Positions 30,650-41,200 of a stretch of DNA of 64,000 nucleotides are shown here, piece by piece. The translations under genes were made by a program, and so were the position numbers. Where the stretch lies: sequence record JN849462.1; one strand, written 5' to 3'. The notes beneath the pieces were generated by a model. It did no database searches. It was not told the origin of the DNA and saw only the letters and a program-made list of their open reading frames with translations. How positions within the stretch are numbered: position 1 is the stretch's first letter; every line of letters begins with the position of its first letter.

Positions 30650-30891
30650 TGAACATAATCGTCGAAAACGGCAACATTTTGCCGACTGATCAAGCGACGT
30701 TATTTGCTGACGAAGAAGTATTGAGAGTGCCTGGCACTTTCAATCTTACTGACTTGGTTTGTCATCTTGGTCTTTACAAATCAAAATCACAAGCCAGACA
30801 AGCGAATCGTGTCGGTGAAATCCCGACTGGTTACACTGAATTCAAAGGCAATAAGAAAACGCCTTTGTACGTCTGGAATCCAACAGAGTAA
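30649..30891 (+). CDS. small protein with S4-like RNA-binding motif
   Basis: LVCHLGLYKSKSQARQ...GEI. Confidence 0.45.
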   Translation: MNIIVENGNILPTDQATLFADEEVLRVPGTFNLTDLVCHLGLYKSKSQARQANRVGEIPTGYTEFKGNKKTPLYVWNPTE

Positions 30892-30899
30892 GGTAAATT

Positions 30900-31781
30900 A
30901 TGCAGGTAAGATGGACAGAAATGTTTTACAGCATTCAAGGCGAAGGGAAATACACTGGTCAAGCTAGTTTATTCTTTCGCTTCTGGGGTTGTAACTTAGA
31001 ATGTCACGGCTTCGGGCAAGAAGATCCGACGAATAAAGATACATGGGTATTAGACTTCAAAGACTACGACCCGAAAGCTAACAACGTGACTTCAGTCGAA
31101 GAACTGCCTGTATGGACTCGTGGATGTGACTCTTCTTACACGTGGGCTAAAAAGTATGCTCATCTTGCTTCAAAGTCTGAAGTTGCAGACGTATGCGAAG
31201 CAATGCTTGAGAAACTGCCTAATCGAGTTTGGGGAGATATTCATTGGGTAATTACAGGTGGTGAGCCGATGATGAATCAAGCTCAAATCATCGAAATGAT
31301 GAATTACTTCATCAAAATTGACAATTATCCAAAACATGTCACGATTGAAACTAATGGTACGCGAGAACTCAAGCCAGAATTTGCAGAGCGTTGGGCGCTA
31401 ATTCAGTGGAATACGCATCGTAATGTTCACTTGAGTTTCAGCGTGTCGGCTAAGTTGTACAACGTAACGGGCGAAGTGCATGAAAAAGCAATCAAGCCAA
31501 AAGTTGTCAACAAGTATGCACGCATCGGAGAAGTCTGGCTCAAGCCAGTCGTCGTAGACAAGGAAGCGTGTTGGGACGAGCTTGATGCTGTGATCGCACA
31601 GTTCAAAGCAGAACGCAACTTACACAACGTTCCAGTGTATATCATGCCATGTGGTGCTACTCAAGAAGAGCAAGAGCAAGATGGTTATATGGCGTCAATC
31701 GCAGGGAAAGCATTGGCGCGTGGTTACAACGTTTCTGTACGAACACACGTATGGATTTGGGGTAACGCGGTGGGCACGTAA
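30900..31781 (+). CDS. queE: 7-carboxy-7-deazaguanine synthase (radical SAM)
   Basis: EMFYSIQGEG, FFRFWGCNLEC, CDS, ITGGEP, IETNGT. Confidence 0.9.
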   Translation: MQVRWTEMFYSIQGEGKYTGQASLFFRFWGCNLECHGFGQEDPTNKDTWVLDFKDYDPKANNVTSVEELPVWTRGCDSSYTWAKKYAHLASKSEVADVCEAMLEKLPNRVWGDIHWVITGGEPMMNQAQIIEMMNYFIKIDNYPKHVTIETNGTRELKPEFAERWALIQWNTHRNVHLSFSVSAKLYNVTGEVHEKAIKPKVVNKYARIGEVWLKPVVVDKEACWDELDAVIAQFKAERNLHNVPVYIMPCGATQEEQEQDGYMASIAGKALARGYNVSVRTHVWIWGNAVGT

Positions 31782-31816
31782 GTGCCCTTTTATTCCCTTT
31801 GAAGTGAGAAATTATT

Positions 31817-32071
31817 ATGATTCTATTTGGTCACGTGGTTGGTACAATCGGTATGATTCTAATCTGTCTAGCATTCTGGATGGTGACGAGTGAAAAATAT
31901 AAGCCTACCGATGATAAGTACTTGTGGACTAATATGTCGGGTGCTATACTGCTTACGATTAGCTTGCTAATCAACTTCAATCTCGGTAGCTTCATGATTG
32001 AGCTATTCTGGATTTACATTAGCGGCACCGCGCTATACAAGAACTACAAATTGCGAAAAAACGCTAAATAG
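31817..32071 (+). CDS. small 3-TM membrane protein (CBU_0592-like)
   Basis: GTIG...N..GA.LL..SL...FN..SF.IE.FW pattern. Confidence 0.55.
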   Translation: MILFGHVVGTIGMILICLAFWMVTSEKYKPTDDKYLWTNMSGAILLTISLLINFNLGSFMIELFWIYISGTALYKNYKLRKNAK

Positions 32072-32136
32072 TAGTTGATAAGCTTGTCGATTCGTGTATA
32101 ATCAACTGCGAATCGACAAACAAACTGGAGAATCTA

Positions 32137-32295
32137 ATGTCTAAAAATAAAAAGCCAAGCAATAAGCCACAAAACTTCGTTGCAAAGCACATGAATACTT
32201 TCAATCATGCTTCAGTTGAAGAAGATAGAAAGAAGAAATCAAAGCGTTTAACTAAGCGCAAAATGAAACACAAAGGGAAAGCCTATGATGAATGA
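32137..32295 (+). CDS. small basic protein (52 aa, absent from the ORF track)
   Basis: GGAG RBS; MSKNKKPSNKPQNFVAKHMNTFN...KRKMKHKGKAYDE. Confidence 0.6.
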   Translation: MSKNKKPSNKPQNFVAKHMNTFNHASVEEDRKKKSKRLTKRKMKHKGKAYDE

Positions 32296-32584
32296 TGTTT
32301 TAGCTGGTATACCCATGCCGCCTCAGAAACCCAAGTTCATCCCAGAATCTGACGACCATCAATTCTTTCACGATTGTGCTGGGTTTGATTGGTTCTATCA
32401 ATTCAGTGATGATCACAGCGTATATCTTCGCGGTGAACGTGAATTGTCTAAGCTAAAGTCGCGAATGACAAACGAACGCAGAAATAAAATCTATGAAGCG
32501 TGGTGTCAGTATATGTTCAGCGGTCCCAATTTCGGGCTAGAGCAACACCCTGAACCAAAGTGGGAAGATTTTAAAGATGCATAA
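32285..32584 (+). CDS. hypothetical protein
   Basis: Coupled ORF; DWFYQFSDDH motif. Confidence 0.55.
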   Translation: MMNDVLAGIPMPPQKPKFIPESDDHQFFHDCAGFDWFYQFSDDHSVYLRGERELSKLKSRMTNERRNKIYEAWCQYMFSGPNFGLEQHPEPKWEDFKDA

Positions 32585-32846
32585 AGATGTACTCGGCAAT
32601 GTAATCGAAATGAAAGATATTGTGTTTCGTCTTTCGAAAGAGAGATTATGCGTCGAACCGTGCATCGTAACCGGGTTTACACAGTACAAAGTGCTGTTAA
32701 ATGATGGTCTTCAATGCGACCCAAATCGTGTCGTCGTTGTGACCGAACAAATTCAAAATAACGGTATCGACTTGTGGTCAAACACACTCGAATTCAAATA
32801 TCGTGAGTATATCATCAAAGGCTATAAACGCCTGCAAAATAAGTGA
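32577..32846 (+). CDS. hypothetical protein
   Basis: Coupled ORF. Confidence 0.5.
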   Translation: MHKDVLGNVIEMKDIVFRLSKERLCVEPCIVTGFTQYKVLLNDGLQCDPNRVVVVTEQIQNNGIDLWSNTLEFKYREYIIKGYKRLQNK

Positions 32847-32853
32847 GAAAAAC

Positions 32854-33126
32854 ATGACATTCTTTCAAAAACTAGTAGCAATCTTCACCAACACTCCTCG
32901 TCCAACAGAAGACATTCTTGAAGACATGAATCAGAAAGCGAACGAACTTCGCGCACGTGCTCAATTTGACCAAGAACAAATTGAAGCAAACGAAGCTGAA
33001 GAGCGTCGCGCACGTGAAGAAGTCGAGCGTCGTGCGCAAGAACTGGCAGCGCGAAATGCAGTCCATGCGCAGTCTAAAGAGCGTGCAGAACGTGTTGCGA
33101 AGCGAGTTGAAGAATTCACTGCGTAA
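32854..33126 (+). CDS. coiled-coil protein
   Basis: E/R/A-rich; followed by a terminator. Confidence 0.55.
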   Translation: MTFFQKLVAIFTNTPRPTEDILEDMNQKANELRARAQFDQEQIEANEAEERRAREEVERRAQELAARNAVHAQSKERAERVAKRVEEFTA

Positions 33127-33240
33127 TGTTCTAGAAACGTAACACAATCCCTAAAAAGCCCCGTTAATGTGCTCATTCAGTAACATTATCACGGGGCTTT
33201 TTTGTGTCTGTCATAAATACAAATAAAATGTGAGGATGCA

Positions 33241-34359
33241 ATGAAAAATCTAAAATCTTTTATGGAAGAACTTCAATCATTGAACGAAGTCTTCATTCGT
33301 GGCGGTCGACCACGAAACGGGTCTAAGGTTCTTGCGAACGGCAAGAACATTTGGGTATGGAATAGCGATAGAGAGTTCGAACGCCTAGCGCCATTTATCA
33401 ATCGCGAACTAGGAACCGACTTTGAAGAAGAGTACGATCTAGACTCGTGGTACGAAGAGGGCGCACAAGCGGTATACGCGACGATTGAAAACGGCAAGCT
33501 AGATATGCAAGGGCAATCATCTTATCGCCCGTCTGTAGCGTCTGACACGCTTCGCAAGACTATTAAAGCCCTGAACCTGAACGGCGTGACTCGTCGAACG
33601 CAATCATTTAACCCTGATTACGATGAAGTTGAGCACGATTTCGAGACCGACCGTCGAGAATTCAACAAGAAACTGTCTCAGAAGACGTTCTATCACGGTA
33701 CATCGACTACGTTCATCGAATCAATGTTGAAATTTGGTCTGAAACCGAATCCGAATGAAACTCAATTCGATAATATTGAACATGCTGATAAAGTCTTTAT
33801 TACAACAGAACTTGACAAAGCAATGTTCCACGCGACACACTCAGCGAACCGAAACAACTCGTTCCCTGTGATTATCGAGCTACGCATTCCAGACGAAAGC
33901 AAGCTTGTATCTGACTATGACGTTGTAATTGATGTTCTAGGCGCTAATTCAGAAGAAGCATCCGAGCTTGGGTATGCTGACATCTTCTATCAAATGCCAC
34001 ATTCGCGTGGTGACGGTACGAAGTATCACAGAGACGACATCGAAAGTCGATTTGGTAAACGTCTAGGTGGATTGAGTACTCGCATCGGTATCTTCGGGTA
34101 CAAAGGTCGAATCCCTGCAAGTCATTTCAATTTCATCTACGCTGACGGTGACGTAATCGAAGAGTCAATGCCAGAAATGTATTGGGAAATGGACGGCGAA
34201 TTCGATATGGCAGAAATGCGTACTGAATCAGTCAATCACCGTTCGTTCGACTACTGGGATCAATTCAAACCCACTAAATTCATTGCTCACTTCGAAGAAC
34301 TTTGGGATGATCTCAAAGATGAATACGAAGACGAGGAAGAAGACGAAGATTGGGACTAA
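33241..34359 (+). CDS. late protein with Tpt1/KptA-like ADP-ribosyltransferase fold
   Basis: CATAAATA at 33212-33219; FYHGTS..FIESMLKFGLKP, VFITT, PVIIEL. Confidence 0.55.
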   Translation: MKNLKSFMEELQSLNEVFIRGGRPRNGSKVLANGKNIWVWNSDREFERLAPFINRELGTDFEEEYDLDSWYEEGAQAVYATIENGKLDMQGQSSYRPSVASDTLRKTIKALNLNGVTRRTQSFNPDYDEVEHDFETDRREFNKKLSQKTFYHGTSTTFIESMLKFGLKPNPNETQFDNIEHADKVFITTELDKAMFHATHSANRNNSFPVIIELRIPDESKLVSDYDVVIDVLGANSEEASELGYADIFYQMPHSRGDGTKYHRDDIESRFGKRLGGLSTRIGIFGYKGRIPASHFNFIYADGDVIEESMPEMYWEMDGEFDMAEMRTESVNHRSFDYWDQFKPTKFIAHFEELWDDLKDEYEDEEEDEDWD

Positions 34360-34401
34360 ATACTAGGGAGCAATAACGCTCCCTTTTTTTAGGACTGAAT
34401 C

Positions 34402-34887
34402 ATGTATAAATGTAAACATTTCAAAATCCAAGAGCTTGTAACTCCACAAATGCACGCTGCATGGGGTGAAAGATGTTGGTCACTTTTCGATGACCGTCTA
34501 TTACGCACGCTAGACGCGCTCAGAGAACGTTTCGGTCCCTGCACCATAAACGATTGGAGTTGGGGCGGATCGTTCAAATACAGCGGTTTCAGAGACGAAA
34601 ACTTCTACGGATCGACACAAAAGTACCTTGATAGCCGTTCTCAGCACAAATACGGTCGTGCAGCCGACTGCAAATTCAGAAATAACACCGCAGATCAAGT
34701 GCGTAAATACATCTTAGAGAACCCAGAAGAATTCCCTTATGTGAAATTCATTGAATGTAGCCCGCTTGCAAACGGAACATCTATGTCATGGGTTCACATC
34801 GACGTACGTAACAGCGAAGATGTTCAATGCTGGTCTCCGAAAGAAGGCTTTATTGATGCTGACGAAGTAATCCGCAGAAAACTTTAG
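34402..34887 (+). CDS. peptidase M15-family endolysin
   Basis: SGFR, SQHKYGRAAD, WVHID. Confidence 0.85.
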   Translation: MYKCKHFKIQELVTPQMHAAWGERCWSLFDDRLLRTLDALRERFGPCTINDWSWGGSFKYSGFRDENFYGSTQKYLDSRSQHKYGRAADCKFRNNTADQVRKYILENPEEFPYVKFIECSPLANGTSMSWVHIDVRNSEDVQCWSPKEGFIDADEVIRRKL

Positions 34888-34951
34888 TTTATCTGCCGAT
34901 ACATTGCCGTTACTATAAATCTGTCAAACAACACAACAAAAGGTCTACTAC

Positions 34952-35659
34952 ATGGGCAAAAAGAAGAACTCTGAAGAACGCACACTACAACGCATCGAGT
35001 TACTGACCTTCAACCAAGAGCAATACGCGGCTGCATTGCAGGAAGAAGTCGGTGAAGACGGCTCAGGTGCATTTGTATTTGCGATTGGTTCTGCGGGTAC
35101 AGGTAAGACATGGCTTGCAACGACTCTAGGTGCAGACATGTACTCAGCTTTTGACTACACCGAATTCATCATCTTGAAGCCGACGCTTTCATGCGGTGAA
35201 GAACTCGGTTACTTACCCGGTACTCTTGAAGAAAAGATGGAACCTTGGATTCAAACAGTAACGCAGCCATTGAAAGACCGACTAGGCGCAGATAAATTCA
35301 AATGCGACTGGAACAAACGCATTCACGCTGAACCTATTCAATTCGTTCGAGGCAAGACATTCGACAACTGTTTTATCGTCGTCGATGAAGCTCAGAACTT
35401 AACTAAAACTGAAATTCAGACCATCATGACTCGTATCGGCGAGAATACGAAAATGGTTTTCTGTGGCGACTTGAAACAAGACGACCACAAGATGATCTAT
35501 CGTACTGGTCAGAAAGAAATCAGTGGTCTAGCGTGGATGGTCAATGAAATTCGTAATCAGCAACGCTCAGGCATCGAGATTATTGAGTTCACAAACAAGG
35601 ACGTAGTTCGTTCTGGTGCTTGTAAGCTTGCTCTTGACATCATCGACAAGGCTCAATAA
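34952..35659 (+). CDS. phoH: PhoH-family ATPase
   Basis: GSAGTGKT, GYLPG, RGKTF, DEAQN, CGDLKQ. Confidence 0.93.
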   Translation: MGKKKNSEERTLQRIELLTFNQEQYAAALQEEVGEDGSGAFVFAIGSAGTGKTWLATTLGADMYSAFDYTEFIILKPTLSCGEELGYLPGTLEEKMEPWIQTVTQPLKDRLGADKFKCDWNKRIHAEPIQFVRGKTFDNCFIVVDEAQNLTKTEIQTIMTRIGENTKMVFCGDLKQDDHKMIYRTGQKEISGLAWMVNEIRNQQRSGIEIIEFTNKDVVRSGACKLALDIIDKAQ

Positions 35660-35967
35660 TGGGAAAAATGATTGTAAATCAGACTGTGAAAATCACTGAT
35701 ACAGGCAACTTCAATACACTAGTCAAGCACTGGTATGCAGTCGGCGGGACTGACGATTCGGTTGAACTTCAGTTAGAAGTCGGCGAAATCGTTAATATCA
35801 AGACGTTCCAAGACCCAACAGTGCCTGGTGGCGTGTATTCTCACATTACAAAAACTTCGAAACATTACACGAACGTACTCGGCGTTTTAATTCAAGACCG
35901 TAATTCACCGGATTACGACATGAAGAAAGACCGACATAGAATTCAGGTAACTTCGAAACTCAATTAA
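35659..35967 (+). CDS. hypothetical protein
   Basis: Coupled ORF. Confidence 0.5.
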   Translation: MGKMIVNQTVKITDTGNFNTLVKHWYAVGGTDDSVELQLEVGEIVNIKTFQDPTVPGGVYSHITKTSKHYTNVLGVLIQDRNSPDYDMKKDRHRIQVTSKLN

Positions 35968-36034
35968 CAAAGCGCCTTCGGGCGCTTTTTTGTTTAGAAC
36001 TCCCTAAACTTACATTAAAATATCTAGACGGGAG

Positions 36035-36256
36035 GTGTCGATGAAAGACAAGCAACAATTGAAAGTTCGATGTTCTATTCATATCGCAGAACAACTAATG
36101 CAGTTACCCGAATTTCGTGACATGTCGGTTACGAAAATCTTCCAAACACTATCTACAGATTATCTCAACAAGAGTGCGTTTCAGCACGTCGGGGCGATTA
36201 ATGGAAAGAGCAGAAATCATCATTCCTACGAAAAGTGTAAGGAATGCGGGGTATGA
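36035..36256 (+). CDS. small putative DNA-binding protein
   Basis: GGAGG RBS; beta-alpha-alpha (RHH-like) pattern; weak. Confidence 0.35.
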   Translation: MSMKDKQQLKVRCSIHIAEQLMQLPEFRDMSVTKIFQTLSTDYLNKSAFQHVGAINGKSRNHHSYEKCKECGV

Positions 36257-36932
36257 GTTCGAAGTGATCGATACTAGCAAACTCGATCACTATCACGTGC
36301 GCTGTGTTACAAACACACTGTACGACAATAGAATCAAAGGGTCAAAACTAGATGGTTTCAGAGCAGAAATTACGCTAATGGACGCGGAATCCCTAGTTTT
36401 TTTAAACTCGATGAATCTATATGCTAACTTCACTGAATCTAACAGAGCAAACAACGGCATGAAGCGTATCAAATCGGCAAGATACGACTATCATCATTAT
36501 TATCAGCAACAAGAAGATTGGTTCAAATCAATATTACGTCAACACAAAATCAAAGTGAAATATCCAAACGGAGAGACTCGCGAGAAATTACCGATGTTCT
36601 ACACGTGCGGGTTGCGACTTTCGAACGTTCGACGTTCAGCGGATAAAGCATGTGCAATGCTCGTTCTAGATGAGAATCAAAAGCCGAAGCTGTATGCATT
36701 TGCAATAGGTAAACTTAGGTATGTTGTAGACGCTTATGACAAGACTGCTAACCTAAACTGTCCGGCGCAGATCGGGAAGAAGACGGTTGACGTTATTGAG
36801 TGTTTAGACTATAATGATGAAGACGATTGGAATGATGAAAATGAACTCGAAGAAGTTCACAAAAAGATTGTTATTCCAGATGTATCCGATTTAGATAAAG
36901 TATTAATGTCGTTAGACGAAGAAGAGTTTTAA
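36201..36932 (+). CDS. hypothetical protein
   Basis: Long ORF; start uncertain. Confidence 0.55.
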   Translation: MERAEIIIPTKSVRNAGYEFEVIDTSKLDHYHVRCVTNTLYDNRIKGSKLDGFRAEITLMDAESLVFLNSMNLYANFTESNRANNGMKRIKSARYDYHHYYQQQEDWFKSILRQHKIKVKYPNGETREKLPMFYTCGLRLSNVRRSADKACAMLVLDENQKPKLYAFAIGKLRYVVDAYDKTANLNCPAQIGKKTVDVIECLDYNDEDDWNDENELEEVHKKIVIPDVSDLDKVLMSLDEEEF

Positions 36933-36935
36933 TTT

Positions 36936-37235
36936 ATGAAAGAAGTATCAACAACAACTTACAAAAGCACTCCAGAACTGGCTCTTGATATTGCAGCATA
37001 TGCATCACTGTTAGTCAAGTTGGGATATGATGAGTGTGTCACAAATCAGAAACTCTTTGTTGAAATGTGCAATGAAGCAGGATTTAGAACTACAACGGGC
37101 AAAGAATTCACGCAGATGTCGTTTCGACAGATGTTTGCTCGTCTTCCGCAAGGAACTAAGCGCGAAGTTCGTGAATCGTTCTCGTGGGGTAATGTCCCGC
37201 AAGGTGAATCAATTTTAGAAAGCATTTATGTTTAA
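36936..37235 (+). CDS. hypothetical (recombinase-like helical) protein
   Basis: CNEAGFRTTTGKEFT resembles a recombinase helix. Confidence 0.45.
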   Translation: MKEVSTTTYKSTPELALDIAAYASLLVKLGYDECVTNQKLFVEMCNEAGFRTTTGKEFTQMSFRQMFARLPQGTKREVRESFSWGNVPQGESILESIYV

Positions 37236-37243
37236 GGTAAATT

Positions 37244-37540
37244 ATGAATTTTGGAAATGCACTTGAATCTTTAAAAGCCGGTCGAAAAATATCACGCGAA
37301 GGTTGGAATGGTAAGGGTATGTTTATCGTTCTTATGCCAGCACTTTACTTGCCGCCTTTTAGCACGCAAGACACAATGCGAAAAGTCAATGATCGAACTG
37401 CAAAACACATCGGCGAAGATACGCCACTAGACAGTCAACCGTATATTGCAATGTTCACGGCTGAACAGAAATGGCAACCGGGATGGGTAGCGTCTCAGGC
37501 TGATATTTTAGCTGAAGATTGGGTCGTTCACGACGAATAA
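37244..37540 (+). CDS. DUF2829 protein, Tad2-like signal sponge
   Basis: MNFGNALESLKAG...REGWNGKGMFI...WVASQADILAEDW. Confidence 0.75.
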   Translation: MNFGNALESLKAGRKISREGWNGKGMFIVLMPALYLPPFSTQDTMRKVNDRTAKHIGEDTPLDSQPYIAMFTAEQKWQPGWVASQADILAEDWVVHDE

Positions 37541-37579
37541 AGAAAAGGGAGAGTACAACTGTTACTCTCCCTTTTTTGG

Positions 37580-38155
37580 TCACTGTACTTTCTTAGTTCG
37601 CTTGTCAATCTCGTGAACTTTACTTTCAAGATTGTCAATACGAGTATTAAGCATTTCTCCATCTTTCCCCGTAAAGCGGTCAGTTGAATCAATGTTAATC
37701 AATGTCTCGACTCTGGCTAAATCAGTCTCAATCTTAGAGTAACGTGAATGGGTACTGTCTATCTTAGTAATAATGGCGTTCTGAGTGTTTTTAATACTCT
37801 CCACTGAGTTTACTAGATTTTTGTCGCCCAACTCTGACGCACTCCTCAATGCTCTTACTTCGCTCTCAAGACTACCATAGTTTACAAGCACTTGATCTTG
37901 CTTTTTAACGATAAGAGCTTGCGCTCCTTCTAAGCCAATCAGTTGTTGTGCCTGCGTTGCGTTTGTTAGTTTGATGTCAGTTATTTCTTGCATGATTTTA
38001 GCGTTTTGAGCAACTGCGGTTTTACCTTGTTCTTGGACAACTTGTAATGCTTCTTGCATACTACCGTAGTTTGTCGCAACGCTCATTGAGGTGATAGCCA
38101 GAGGGATAAGAATAGTACCTATAACAGCTAACAAAAATTGCGCCATTTTACTCAT
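37580..38155 (-). CDS. single-TM coiled-coil late protein, holin t-like position
   Basis: N-terminal TM; TATAAATA at 38203-38210; directly downstream of the fibres. Confidence 0.45.
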   Translation of the reverse strand: MSKMAQFLLAVIGTILIPLAITSMSVATNYGSMQEALQVVQEQGKTAVAQNAKIMQEITDIKLTNATQAQQLIGLEGAQALIVKKQDQVLVNYGSLESEVRALRSASELGDKNLVNSVESIKNTQNAIITKIDSTHSRYSKIETDLARVETLINIDSTDRFTGKDGEMLNTRIDNLESKVHEIDKRTKKVQ

Positions 38156-38205
38156 AGTATTGGTTCCTATGTTGGTTTATCTTATTCTCTGACTGTCAGG
38201 TGTAT

Positions 38206-41200
38206 TTATAAACGAAGCAATTTCTTCCACCATGGGCGTTTAAGCTCTTGTACTTCGTTCTGAAGCGTGTCTACTTTTGCATTAAGCTCTTTAATAGCTT
38301 CAATCAAAAGACCGTTCATATTGCCGTACGCGACTGATAGAATACGATCTTCGTCGTCACTTTCCATCACTGCTTCTGGCAGTACTTTTTCCACTTCTTG
38401 CGCAATCACACCCGTTTCACGAATATATTCGTCGGAATCGAATGAACTACGCTTGTCATATGTATACCCGTTTAATTCACCTACTTTATTGAGTGCATTG
38501 TCAATAAGCTTGATGTTTTTCTTCAAACGTCGGTCTGAGTACGCTGTCACGTTACCCGGAGCAGTGAAGTTACCAGTTGAATACTGAAATGACCACTGCT
38601 TAGTCGTTGAGCTATTCAGAGACGATACGATCTGAGCCGTATGCGCTCCCGAAGAACTCAAAATTGCACCGAATGAGTGCTGATAACGACCACCCGAGTG
38701 GTTAATATCACCTTTCATAAAAGCATGATATTCACTAGTACCCGAACTTGATGTGTAGTGATAAAATGGAGCTTGTGACGTGTAGTGCGAAGCATATGCA
38801 TAAGATGCCGCAGATCCGTAAGCCGTCATCCTACCCGTAGACAACAATGCACTTTGAACTGTTACATCAGTAAAGTCATTCCCATAGTTGACAATCAAGT
38901 TTGACGTTGTACCTACTAATGCTCGCTTATCACGAATCTTGAAATCTTGACCGCCATTTGAGCTAATCAAAGAAGACCCGAGATAGGTTGCTGTGGTAGC
39001 AGTCGTAGCCGATGTCGCCGTCGTAGCCGATGTCGCGTTGCCACTCAGAGAACCCACGAATGTCGGCGCTGTTACACTATGTGCAAACACCGCAGTTCCG
39101 TTTTCGTTCAATCTGAAATCATCAGATGCACTACCGTTGTATCTAAACGCCATGACGCCGTTTTGATGGTCAAGCTGCCAGTAGTTATCGCTGTACGTGC
39201 TGTCCATCAAGTTCAACTGAACGTTCGTGTGTCGAATCGTCAACTGTCCATTGATCGTATCCCCTGCTTTGCTAACCGCACCAATTTCAGCCAATGACCA
39301 TGCAACGTTAGCAGATCCGTTTACTGATTTGCCAGTGTTACCGATTGTCAATGTACGAGCAGTTGTCCATGTGTCGGCATTCGGGTGATAAATGTCGGTG
39401 AATACCTGAGCCCATGATTTCCATATACCATTCTCTTGCGTTCGAACAAACCATTTATTCAAACGCCAGTCACTTGCCAGTTGAGTTTGCCACAAATCAC
39501 TATATGATTGTGTCAAAACTGCATGGTCTTGACCCGACGGCTTATTAGTAGCAGTTGACGTAGCATACATGAATGAATATCCGCTACCATCACCCGCTGT
39601 ATCGAGGTTGCTCGTGCTAATGTCAGACAAATATGGCGTTAAGATTCTTCCAGTGAATGTATCCCCTGCAACATTTGCGAATCGAGCATTGGATTCAGCT
39701 TCAGTGTAGTAACGACCATCGTGAGTATGAGAGTCATTTGCCACGGTAACTGTCATTGTCGCATTTGAGCTACCGTCAAACGAAACTGCGCCACTCACAT
39801 CGCCGTTTAGCGTCAGCGTACGAGCAGTTGTCCATTTGTCAGCATTTGGGTGATAACCGTCATGAAATACATTGTTGCTTCCGTATTTCAAAATCCCATC
39901 AACTGAAGACAATACCCCATCAATACCCCAGAAATTCGAGTGATAGTTGCCGCTTGTATTGACAAACTCATGGTAAACTTCAACAGTATAGTTCGATGTG
40001 TGCCATGTCGAAACAGCAGGATCCCCATCTACATCAATGAAGAAATTTATTCTATTACTGCTTGCGCCTGATTGAGTAGTATTAACAACCGTCCATGCAC
40101 CGTTGATATTAGTGAATGTCGCGCTAGATGCCGTGTCAGTAGTTCCAGTGCCCGTAATTACAGCTCGTACACGAATAGAGCCTTGCGTAATCGCAGCCCC
40201 ATTTTGGTCTAACAACTTAGCAGGAGCATTGATGTTTACTGCATAGTCTCGGCGATACTTGTACATCCCTCCGTAGAAATCACCCGTGATCTCTTTAGCT
40301 GTCCATGTTACATTACTCGTACCATCTACTGACTTACCAGTGTTACCGATTGTCAACGTCCTTGCAGTTGTCCATTTATCAGCATTCGGGTGATAAGCAT
40401 CGTGAAACACACGTTGGTTTACTTTCGCGAAAATCTCACCTTCAACTTCAAGACCAGCAGGTGATGCAATTGAGCCATTATCACGAATGATCAATGCTTG
40501 ACCGTTGCCACCAGCCGTGTTAATATCACCGTCAGTGATCTCGTGAATCAACTCAAGGTTTTGACCAGCACTTGTAATCCAGTTGATGCCTGAATTGTTG
40601 TTTGCGTAATCAGTTTCATTGAAACTCAAACGCCCGCCAGCTTTGCTAATTGCAACGTTACCAGTGAACGTATCGCCAGCCACGTTAGCAAAACGAGCAT
40701 CAGATTCTGTTTCAGTGTAGTAACGACCATCATGCGTGTGTGAATCGTTCGCTACAGTCGCTGTAACGGTCACAGTTGCGTTAGCCGACCCATCAATCGT
40801 CATAGACGCAGAACCGCTTACATCGCCCGTTAGAGTCGTTGTGAGCGTGCGTGCAGTTGTCCACTTATCAGCATTTGGATGATAACCGTCGTGAAACACA
40901 TTGTTATCTTTGTACTTGATCGCAGTTGTATTAACAACAAACCCACTTGCAGTCGCTGAACCGACTTGCAACGTACCATCAGTACGAACTAGAGACGAGC
41001 CGAAGTATACCCCAGTTGTAAATGCGGCTTGGTCATTGATTCTCAACCATGAATCAAATCCGCGAAATGCAGTTTTCGCGTTGATGTCAATGTTCTCAAT
41101 GCCGAAGTTTGCTGCCGTTGCATCAATACGAAATCGAGTTGTCGCTGTATCATTTTCACGTAAACTAAAATTACCACCATCGTTGATCAGATACCAACGC

